A stretch of DNA of 64,000 nucleotides from Schmidtea polychroa. Lineage: Eukaryota. Shown in pieces: positions 12,901 through 24,900 of this stretch (position 1 is its first letter; each line of letters opens with the position of its first letter). The notes below the pieces were generated by a model. That model was not told the origin of the DNA, made no database searches, and saw nothing but the letters and a program-made list of their open reading frames with translations. The translations under genes were made by a program, and so were the position numbers. The stretch spans positions 49,724,001-49,788,000 of the forward strand of contig CM097885.1 of NCBI GenBank assembly GCA_044892525.1. The letters are read 5' to 3'.

Positions 12901-15900
12901 ATTTTAGTATTTTTATCTCAATACAATATTTATAAATATATGTATATACTATTTCATTAAAAAATCTAGTTTAGAATAGTTATGATGTCTTCAACTTCTA
13001 AATTCATAAGATCAATAATAAATGCAGTTAAAATATATTTTTCAAAAAAACGCTAAAAACAATATTATTAAAACAAACAACTTTCCATAACTCTCCCCTT
13101 CTTTAAGGAACTGCCCATCTCTTAAGCCATTTAATTCGTCTGAGTTTCTTTGTCGTCCCGTCACTCAATTCCACCTGGTGCTCTGACAAAAACTTTGATA
13201 TTACAAAAGGACCTTCATACTGTAGTCCATCTTTGTCGCGATTTTGTGGTTCTTTCCGAACTAATACTTTCTCCCCCACCGTGAAACATCGATTCGTTCT
13301 CTTCTCTGTTTCCATCTCTTTCATTCGTTTAGCTGCTTTCTCACTGTTCTCTCTTACCAATCTATGTATCTCAACTGTATCCAATGTCGTCTGAGGCAAT
13401 GTTGAATGAAGGTTAATCTTCCTCCCAAAAACAATTTCAAATGGGGAAAATCCCGTCGCGCTCTGTTGTGTCACGTTGATACAAAATTCTACTCGAGGAA
13501 GTAACTCCGCCCAATTTCGCTCTCCTAGTCCACCTGCTAATGATGTTGCCAGCAAGTCTCTGACTGTCCGTATTGTTCTCTCAACTAAACCGTTAGATTG
13601 ATGCTGATATGGTGAACTGAACTGGTGCGTAATACCCAGTCTTCCTAGATTTGTTTTCATAAAACCACTATCGAAGTTCTTCCCTCTGTCTGACAGACAA
13701 TTTGGCGGTTTTCCGAAACGGTATATCCACTTCTCCAATATGGCTTTGAAAATCGATCTCTCGTCTTGTCTCTCCAGTGCGGTCAGACTGACCATTTTGC
13801 TAAAACGATCAATGATAACTAGCATATACTTGTACACTCCACCATTCTTCATATGTGCTACATCAATGACCAACTGCTCTAAAAAGTCTGAACTTATTAT
13901 CGGCAACAATCGTTCCTTTGTCTTCTCCTGCACTATTTTCCTTCTGCAGCATATCTCACATACTCTCAAACAGTTTTGTATAGTTTCTTGCATGTTTGGC
14001 CAAAAAAATATGTTGCTCATATAGCTAATTAATTTCTTTACTCCAATGTGACACATTTCAGTATGTATTCCTTTAACTAACGTATTTGAGTAGTCTATCG
14101 GCACCAGGATGACATCTTTACCATTCTTCTCTAATAATAAAAACCCATCTTCTAATTTTATGTTGTTATGCGAATTGAAAGGAAATTTCTTTTTATTCAA
14201 GTCATTTATTTCCTCTTCTCCCTGTAACACTCTTGTCATGTGAATGAAATCTACATCATCTTGTTGCTTTTCTAAGAGTTTTGTCATCGACTCAGTCTTC
14301 TGTAATGAGCTGATATGTCTTACTCTGGCTTTTTCTTCTTTTGCGTCTTCATGTCTAGTCTGGCATTGTGCACATAACATCCCTTTAATCCTTGATATTC
14401 CGTCCGCATTTCCATGTTCCTCTCCTTTCCTATATTGAAGATCGAAATCATATCCGGAAAGGTTGGCTAGCCAGGTTTGAAATTGCGGGCTTATCGGTTT
14501 TTTTGTGTATCTCATGAAAACCAACGCCTTGTGATCCGTTCGTACTACAAATGACTTTCCGTATAGATATTGTTTAAAATACATTACATATTCGTGTATA
14601 GCCAGTAACTCCTTCCTAGTCACACAATAACCTTTTTCATGCGCGGTCAAGTGCCTCGACCCATATGCAATTACCACTTCAGTACCATCTTCTTTAGCTT
14701 GACATAAAACTGCTCCGATGGCCCCAAAACTAGCGTCTGTATCCAGAATAAAGTTTCTATCCATTTTTGGGTAATCTAGAATTGGAGCTTCACACAACTT
14801 TGTTTTAAGTAATTCAAAACTATTGTTGCAATCTTCTGACCAATTAATCTTTTTCTCACAGCCGGACGTAGCTGCATGTAGAGGTTCCGCAATTTTCGCA
14901 TAGTCTTTTATAAACTTCCTATAGTAATTGGTCATACCTAAAAAGGATCTTAATTGTTTGGCGCATACTGGTATTTCTGCATCTTGAATCTCTTTAATCT
15001 TCTTGTCGTTCGTTTTTATCCCACTTGCACTTACAGTGTGCCCTAGGAATGTCAATTCTTCTTTATACAGATTACATTTTTCTGGGTTAATTCTCAACCC
15101 CGCTAGTTGAATTCTTCTGAATACTTCCTCTAATCGGTTATTGTGTTCCTCTTTGTCTTTTCCATAGACAAGAATGTCGTCGAGGTAGACAACAACACCC
15201 TTAAATAATATTCCATCCAACATTGAGTGCATGATTCTTTGAAACGTCGCAGGGGCGGTTGCTAGTCCAAAAGGAAGTCGGTTAAAACAAAACTGTCCTT
15301 GCCTTGTACTGAAAGCCGTGACCTCTTGAATTTCCTTCGCCATTCCAACTTGATAATATGCTTGACCTAGATCGATGGATGTGAAATATTTTGAATCTGC
15401 CAGACAATCCAGTAGAAATCGTGTATCTGGCATTGGAAAAGATATCTTTTCAGTGATCGCAATCAACCCTCTATAGTCGACACACATCCTTATTGATCCA
15501 TCTTTCTTAGCCCCAATCACTAGTGGCGCGTTCCATGCACTTTTGCATTTTCTAATAACTCTCGCTTCTAATAAGTCTGTGACAAGTTCGTCAAGCTTTT
15601 GTTCTAAATGCATTGGTTGTCTTCTTGGCTGTAACATTACAGGCCCACCTACTATATTCATTTCATGTTGAACAACTTTCGTAAACCCGAGATCAAACGT
15701 TGAAGCCATAAAAATACCTTTGAACTTTCGTAGCAATATGTCTAACTGTTCATTCTTCCTGTCTCCAAGCATTAATAATGCTTTCTCTTCTCGTTGTGAG
15801 TCCACATATGTCCTCCCTACTTGTGATGCTTCAATATTGTCTACCTCTACCAGTCGAATACCAAATCTCTCCATTGTATCTACACCCCCAATGAAATCTG

Positions 15901-18900
15901 GACGTATATCTTTGACAACTATAACATTAATAATTCTTTTTTTCCCATTCCAATCAGCTTCTATCGTCATTGCTCCTAACGGTCTTTCCATTCCCGTCGA
16001 AAATACTCCACAAAGAGAAATTGTGCTCTGCTTCAACCTCGGTTTCCCAATCTTTGTCCAACTTTTTTCACTCATAACTGATACTGACGCTCCAGAGTCC
16101 CAAAGCATGTCAATCGCCGTCATGTTTATTACAATCTTACTCCACTTTCTTCTGTCTGTCGTCTCATACATCTTCTGCATCATGTCTTCATTTCGCTTCT
16201 TTCTACTGATTATTGTGTCGACCCCACTGACAAAATGAAAGCAATGGGATCGTCCTTGTTTTTTGGTTTATCCATTGATTTTTTTATCGTTTCTTCGTAA
16301 TTACTGTATAAATCTTCTGTGAAATCACCATTATTTCTTTCGTGATCTTCTTCGTAAATACATGCCACTCTCTTCTGATATCCATTTCTATTTTTAAGCA
16401 AAAAACAATCTCTGAATCCATGACCTTCTTTTCCACAGATTAGACATTTGTGTTTCATAGGACATTCAAAACGCCGGTGCCCTTTTTCTCCACAACAAAA
16501 ACACTGACCTGGTGTCAGTTTCACTGGATGAGGCGAATCTCTTCCTTTGCTGTCATTAAATAACCTTCTCGCAATATCTTAAAGCGATACTGTAGGTATT
16601 CTTCTCTCTGGTTCTCCTGTTTCGTAGCGTCCTCTATACCGCTCATTTTCATTCTTGTCTTCATTTACAATTGGTACAAACCGACCATTACCAGGTCTAT
16701 TCCTCTCATGATTAATCTCTCGGTGTTCGTCGCGTTCATGTGCAGTTGTCTTCACAATTGTTCTTTGGTCTCGTCTACCCTCGAATTTACCATTTTTCAT
16801 CACTGATGCGTAAGAGTCTCTTCTTATGGCATCAATATTGAATTTATTGTCATTCGTCATCTCGATCTTCTCCCGAATTTTTGCCATATCCCTGGCATCT
16901 TCAAAACTTGTCACTTTCCCTGATAAGAATATTTCTTTTACTCTATCGTCTTTCGCTCTGTTTGAAATAATGTCTCGAACAATCTGTTCATCAGACATTC
17001 CAGAGCTAAATACACTTCTAACTAAACTTCTTACTCGTATTTCGAAGACTTGGAATCTTTCATCTCTTTCTTGCTGAATTTGAGCTAGTTCCACAATCTT
17101 GTTAGTAATGGTTTTCCTTACTGTAAAAGTTTCTATAAACCACTCTTTTGCCATTTCATCGGTCATCTTCGCTATTTTCGCCGCTTCCCATAACATCGAT
17201 GCCGCATCTGTCAACAAAAGATCCAATGCGTCTACTAGACTTTGATCTTCTATTCTCAGCCATTCCATAATATCCTTTAGCCAAAGTTCGGCTTCAGATC
17301 CAACTTTTCCGTCAAACTTTCTGACATTAAAATTTAGCATCTCACGTGCTTGTTTTGACAAGGAATCTAACATATTCTTGGTTCCTTTCTTTTTTCCTAT
17401 CGCATTGATTTCCTTGGCGTGGTCGCCAGTTATGATGTCTTCAACTTCTAAATTCATAAGATCAATAATAAATGCAGTTAAAATATATTTTTCAAAAAAA
17501 CGCTAAAAACAATATTATTAAAACAAACAACTTTCCATAACTAGAATAAATTCTACTAATTATATGTTAATATCATTACGAAAAAATCATAATTAAAAAG
17601 CAACGAATAAGTATTGTAATTGTTTATATATTTTTTATTATTCAATATTTTAATTTGTAAAAAATTTACTTTAAAACTTTAAATAACAGTTTTTCTGTTA
17701 TTTTATTTGTAGATTAAAATAAATATAAAATATCCCCGATGGCGGATTCTATGTGGAAATATTTTACAAAAGAAAAAGGAGGTGAAAGAGTTAAATGTTT
17801 GAAATGTTCAAATAAATGGTTAAGTTGCAAAGTATCCTCAGCTAGTGGTTTAATAAGACATTTGCAACATGTTCATAAAATTAATCTGTTGAAACGAGAT
17901 TCAGTTGACGATCAAGATGTTGGTTCAACGTAGGAAAACTTTCAATAATATCTAAGAACCAACCTCACAGAATATCATTCTTTACTAGAAAGCAATCAAT
18001 GGCAGAAATTGTGGCACAACTTGCGGCTGTTGATGTATTTTCAATCCATGGAATTTGCAAAAACGAATTTATTCGCCAATCGGCAATATATTTAACCAAA
18101 GGTAAAACTAAAGTAATGAAATTAATTCATGACTTTTATAAGTCTGCAAAAAGTGAGGTTGTAGCAAAAATTCAATCGCATAAAGATCTTTGTGGTAAAT
18201 TCAGTCTTACATTAGAATCTAATGATTAGATGAATGGACTAGTTTACGAAACCGGCGCTACTTCAATATAAATGTTCATTTTGATACTAAATATATAAAC
18301 TTAGGATTAGTGGCAATTAAAAACAGACGAATTGGTGAATTCAAAGCTACTAGGTTTTGGTATCAATTTATCTGATGTAGTCGCGTCGACCACAGATGGT
18401 GCTGCTGTCATGGTAAGATTTGGAATATTATCCGAATATATTCACCAGTTATGTTATAATCATGGCATACATTTAGCTGTTATTGATGTAATTTATAAAA
18501 AAGTGGAAAATGATATTGTAAATGATGATTATCAAAGTGATACCAGTGAAAACGAATATAGCTCCATTTCCGATGAACTTTCTGCCTCTGATGGTGATGT
18601 TAAACCAAATGATACTAGAACCCAAAATCGTGAATGTGATGATATTAGTAAGGCATTGCAAATGGTAAGAAATATTGTAAAATCTTTTAAAAGATCACCA
18701 AAACGAAATTCCATACTTCAAGAACATGTCAAAGAAAAGCATGGGATACAACCGAGTTTGCTTTTAAATTGTAAGACAAGATGGAACAACATTGTCACCA
18801 TGATAGAAAGATTTTTAAAAATTATTGACTCAGTTCGGAAGGCATTGAATGTATTAGGTTCACCTTCTCTACTGAATGAAAATAGCATTTCAATATTGTC

Positions 18901-21900
18901 AAATGTTTACAGCGCACTGCAGCCCGTTAAATTAGCTGTTGAAGCATTAGGTAGACGGGATACAAATCTTGTAACAGCCGATGCGATTTTGAAATTTTTA
19001 TTTGATTCTTTGCGTGGAAACAATAATAATATCTCAAAAGAGTTGTTGGACGTTCTAATAATTTGTATCAGAGAACGGTGAAATCAGCATCTTGTAACTT
19101 TGATTAAATATCTTCAAACACTAGATTTACAATCTACACTGGACTTGCCTTTATCATCAATGGCTACAACATTCACTGTGCTAACAAAATATTTATACGG
19201 TTATTCGAAAAAGAGAATCAATGCGCTGGTGTTGATGATGATATACTTTGTGAGGAAGATTCAACTGCAGATCAAAACTGTTTAGTTCTAGATATAAATG
19301 AAAGGCTAAATGGTGCCATAAATGCAGCATTAAAAACTAAAAGGTGTGAAGAAAGATTTACAAGTACTCGAACAAAAAATTTAAAGCAAGAATTTCAAAT
19401 ATACGGTTGTACAAAAAATATAACAAAAAATTTGCAAGATTTGTTGGATGCATTAAAAACGATACAGCCCAGCTCGGTCGAAAGTGAAAGGGTATTCTCG
19501 CCATCGTCAAATTTTTGTACAAAAAGAACTTCGTTAAGCAACCAATCGCTTGATTGTCTTTGTTTTTTATAAACTTATTTTTTAAACCAATAAATTTAAA
19601 AAGATACAATTAATATGTATTTATTTATTGGATAGAATATTATTTTAAAACTTTAGTTATAAACATGCCTTTGTTATATTAAAGTTATAACTTTTTCTCC
19701 AGAAAGAATTTTTACGGGTTTTTTCTGTTCCCTATATTCCCGGGAAAAGGCACTCTCTAGCTCTGAAATATGCGGGATCCAAGAATGATCATTTCGATAT
19801 TATTTAAAGATTATTACTGAATTTTAAATAAGCAACATATTTGAACTCCAGAATTTTCTGTACTTTTCGTTAAAAAAATAAAAATATTACTATCTTAGAA
19901 AAATAAAATGTTCATAAAAATGTTTTGTATACGGATATATTGGATTGATTTATGGCAAACATTATTTATAGGATGTTTTATCAGACAAATCAAGGAATGA
20001 AATAATTAATTATATTACAGTAATTATTAACTTAAAATATATTTCCCAGAAATCGATCAAATTAAAATTGAAATGTTTATCTTGGGGATCATTTGGCACC
20101 CAAGGCATGATAGATCTCATTGCCTCCACACCCGGTACGCCACTGGTAGTATTTAATATATATTCTATTAAAAAGGTTTAAAATGGTAATTATTTTTTGA
20201 GTCATTTTACTATTACTTGAAATTGAACATTGGATATCTTGAAATTTTAAAGTTGGACATAATCCAAAAAGGTTGGAAAGTATTTGTCTAAGATATTATA
20301 ACCTTGGCTTATTTTATAAAACAAATAAAATCATTAAGAAAGAACTTAAATAATTAAAACGGATCTGTAAGTGAATGACCCTTTAACCTATTGGGATTTT
20401 CTAGATGCAAGTAAAATACAATTCCATTCCATTTAAAGACGTTATAATTTATAAAATTTCAAATAAAAATTACTTATACTACCTATTATTAAAACAACTG
20501 AAGTATTTGTAATTTTAACAATAACGAAACTATTAAGTTATAATAATATTTCATTTATTTACATTCTGACAAAAAGATCAAAAATTAATTCTATGCAACA
20601 CCAATTTATTTTTGATCTATCGTTAGAATGAAAATAAATTAAATATCATCAAAAAAAGAAAACAGTCACCAAACAAATCAACCATAAAAAACATGGTTTT
20701 TTAAACTCTATATTTCAATCTCTTGATTTCAACATATTTTAGATTTAATCACGCTATCTGTTTAATCCGAAGTTAATGAATAGATAAGAAATTTCAGCTC
20801 AATCCGATCACAAAAGTAGGTTAATTTGGCCTCATAAAATTTGCGTGTTATATACAGACATGCAGACATAAGCAAAGTTATATAGAGAGAGTATTAAAAG
20901 TTTTTAGTTATTTGGATAAGTATTTTAGATTGATTAATATATAAAGTTTACAAATATAATTATTTTAATTAAATTATCATAAAAATATAATTTAATTTTA
21001 AAGAAATTTTTTTTGGAGTTTGAAGGAATTTATAAATTAAACAATTCTCAATTCAGATAAACAAAAACGACAATGTTCATTCCCTAATAATTCCAAATAT
21101 CAATTCCAATACAGCGGGATATTATTCAGTCGTAGCAGTCAACACAGTTGGAACTTCAGAATGCGGCGGATACGTAAACATTCTCGCCGAAATAACTGAC
21201 GAAATTGATTCGACTTTCAACACAACTACCGAAATGGAAGATGTCGGTCAACCACCCAGATTTATTAAAACATTGAAGTAAATTTGTTTCAAATTTCTAA
21301 TTAACCATGAAAATTTTGTTAATTACAATGTTTATCGGTATTTAGAAATGCTTTCATATACCTCACTCGTTCTCGATTCGGAAACTTTGATCTATATAAA
21401 CATATTTGTACCTTATACAACTTTCTAAATATAGAAATTACCATCTTTTTCACACTAGCCTTTTAATTATATTTCTAGTAAAGCACTTCTCATCTTTTTC
21501 TGGCGTATTAAAACCTCCACCAATTTTTTGATACAAATTTTATTGATTTTAGATAAAATTTCTGTTTGTAACACATTTCATTAAAACTAGTTTCCTATCA
21601 TATTTAATTTATTTTCATTGCGACTATAAGTCAAATTTTTCCTCTCTTGTAACACAAATTGTTGACACTGCCATATTCAAATAAATAACACTTGAAAAAA
21701 TTAATGCAGAAAATTTGTGTTACATAAGGAGAAACCTTTGATCTATAGTCGTAATGAAAATAAATGAAATGTTAAAATAAAAAAACAAACCAAAGTTGAA
21801 CAAAAAAGATACTTTCCTACCAGTTTCCTGGGTATTTTAAGTTTGTGCGAATTATTTCAAAAATTATCAATATAACAGTAAAATAATTTATCGTTTTTTC

Positions 21901-24900
21901 ATTACTGATTTGATTTGTTTTCATTTAGAATTACATTTATCTTCATTTNNNNNNNNNNNNNNNNNNNNNNNNNNNNNNNNNNNNNNNNNNNNNNNNNNNN
22001 NNNNNNNNNNNNNNNNNNNNNNNNNNNNNNNNNNNNNNNNNNNNNNNNNNNNNNNNNNNNNNNNNNNNNNNNNNNNNNNNNNNNNNNNNNNNNNNNNNNN
22101 NNNNNNNNGCTGCCAATAATGTATTTAATGATATTTAATAATATATCAAATGTAAAAAGAGCATTAATTTGGCAAAAACATATAAACACAAGCCATAATA
22201 AAAGTCCACATGTGCTGACTCTTACTAAAGTATAGGGATAGGTATTATCTTCCAAAAATGGATTCTATGTGTTTATGCAGATCTAAATTACTGTCTTATG
22301 GGTGTAAACTTAACAATCACCATAATTTATATATTTATATTGAAATTTAAATTAAATACTTTAAGGGATAATGCCGTTGAACCTACAACACAAAATCTAT
22401 CTTTGTCCTGTGAAATCCACGGAGTTCCAAAACCAAAGGTAATATGGTTATTTAATGACAAAAAAATCGACGAAGATGACAATGGATATTCTTTGATTGT
22501 AAAAGACGAACAATACACTTTAATCATTCATAATGTAAACGAAAATACGGCAGGTAATAAGTTATGTCTATGATAAAATTAATCCTTGTCTTTTCACACA
22601 ATAGGTCATTATTCGGTAGTTGCTGAAAATACTTACGGTACCGTTCGAAATGAAGCTATTGTTAGAATTGATGATAAGTATTTCTATTCTCATAATTCTC
22701 AGCGAGAAAATGTTCAATGGAATACAGAAAAACACTTTTACTATCGAGATGAAAATATAAAAAGACAGAAATTAATGTCGACAAATACCGCTAGTGTGTG
22801 TCAACATTTAGAAATAAACCAATCACCTTTGAAACGGGCCGGAAGTGCTATTATTTACTCAAGCACTTTACAAAGAGAAATAAAAAATCCGATTGGTCAA
22901 CAACCAATAGAATTTGTTTTCGGTTTACCGAATGCCACGAGAGTGGTGGATTCTAAAGTAAGTTTTATTAAAATTTGTAGATATGCTATTGAGATTTCTG
23001 TAACTTTTTTCTTTTCTTGTATTTTCATTTCTAAACATACGAATGGCCTTGCTTTTGCCTTGATAAATTTCCAACCGTTTTTCCCTCGAAATTAGCTACT
23101 AACGTTAGGGAAAGAAGACTCAGTTGAACAGTGGAATGAAAGAAATGCATGGCATTCATAGAAAACGAAATGCAAAATTACCCAAGCATGAAAACATAAA
23201 ATGTTAAATAAATAACTCACTTCATATATCTGTAGATTCTCGGAAGCAATATGTATAAGAGTGAAAAACAGTTCAATAAATCCATGGAAATTGTGCCATT
23301 TACAAAAACATCTAAGTTCAAAGCTTTACTGGAGTATGATTTAAAACCTGAGGTAATATGCGGTACCGAATCCAATGTTGATATATTTAAAACCATGGAC
23401 ATATTGCTTGTTGGAAAGACAAGTCGTTTCCTTTCTCATATAAATGCTGATTTGAGTAAACAACTTGATGTGATTTCCGGTTGTCAAAGTATAACAGAAA
23501 TTGAAAAATCTTTCGAATTTACACCAATGGTGAAGCAAAGTAAATTTTTGTCACAAATGTCTACTGATTTGAATAATCATCCAAGTGTAACGGTTGGTTT
23601 TGAAAGTGAAAAAGAAATAGCAAAAGAACTTGAAATTACACCATTAGTCAAACAAAGTCAGTTTTTGTCCCAAATGAGCACCAACTTGTATCATCATCCG
23701 GATGTCACAACTGGTTTTGAGAGCGAAAAGGAAATAAATAAAAGCTTGGAAATAACTCCAATGGTAAAGCAGAGCCAATTTTTGTCTCAAATGAATACAG
23801 AACTTTATCATCATCCGGATGTCACCACAGGTTTCGAAAGTGAAAAAGATATAAATAGAAGTTTAGAGATAACTCCAATGATAAAACAAAGTCAATTCCT
23901 ATCTCAAGCAAGTACTAATTTATATTATCATCCGGACGTCACCATAGGTTTTGAAAGTGAAAAAGATATAAATAGAAGTTTAGACATAACTCCAATGGTA
24001 AAACAAAGTCAATTCCTATCTCAAGCGAGTACAGATTTATGCCATCATCCAAATGTTTTATCAGGGTATGACAGTGATAAAGAGGTTATGAATCCTTTGC
24101 AAATTACTCCGATGGTGAAGCAGAGTCAGTTCCTCTCTCAAGCGAGTACCGATCTTTATCATCATCCAGATGTAACATCGGGTTTTGACAGTGAAAGAAA
24201 AATACAGAAAAATCTTGAAATCACTCCAATGGTAAAACAGAGTCAATATTTGTCTCAGGCGAGTACAGACTTATATCATCACCCAGATGTTTTATCAGGA
24301 TACGACAGTGATAAGGAAATCTTGAATCCTTTACAAATTACTCCAATGGTTAAACAGAGTCAATTTTTGTCTCAAGCAAGTAAAGATTTATTCCATCATC
24401 CAAATGTTTTATCAGGATACGACAGCGATAAAGAGGTTATGAATCCTTTGCAAATAACGCCGATGGTCAAGCAGAGTCAGTTTCTCTCTCAAGCGAGTAC
24501 CGATCTTTATCATCATCCAGATGTAACATCGGGTTTTGACAGTGAAAGAAAAATACAGAAAAATCTTGAAATCACTCCAATGGTAAAACAGAGTCAATTC
24601 CTATCTCAAGCGAGTACAGATTTATGCCATCATCCAAATGTTTTATCAGGGTATGACAGTGATAAAGAGGTTATGAATCCTTTGCAAATTACTCCGATGG
24701 TGAAGCAGAGTCAGTTCCTCTCTCAAGCGAGTACCGATCTTTATCATCATCCAGATGTAACATCGGGTTTTGACAGTGAAAGAAAAATACAGAAAAATCT
24801 TGAAATCACTCCAATGGTAAAACAGAGTCAATATTTGTCTCAGGCGAGTACAGACTTATATCATCATCCAGATGTTTTATCAGGATACGACAGTGATAAG

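Larger units (their letters stand above)
12978..17542 (-). mobile_element. Full-length compact Ty3/gypsy LTR retrotransposon (4,565 bp), antisense to the host gene
   Basis: Two identical LTRs, perfect 5-bp TSD agaat (12973-12977, 17543-17547), PBS, PPT, and gag and pol ORFs. Confidence 0.97.
12832..19759 (+). mobile_element. hAT DNA transposon with decayed transposase, interrupted by the gypsy element
   Basis: Ends ttgagggtgtc…ttcccgggaa / ttcccgggaa…ggcactctcta; 8-bp TSD gttctgaa (12824-12831) / gctctgaa (19760-19767). Confidence 0.8.
12546..20145. mobile_element. Outer non-autonomous hAT element (~660 bp of own sequence) hosting nested insertions
   Basis: TIR cagtagcgta / tacgccactg; 8-bp TSD gtaatatt / gtagtatt. 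Confidence 0.75.

Noticed and set aside
13740-17077. + strand ORFs overlapping gag/pol (up to 172 aa)
   Set aside because: Antisense shadows with no motifs.
12978-17542. Claiming the gypsy copy is currently active because its LTRs are identical
   Set aside because: 115 bp gives little dating power and gag carries a stop codon.
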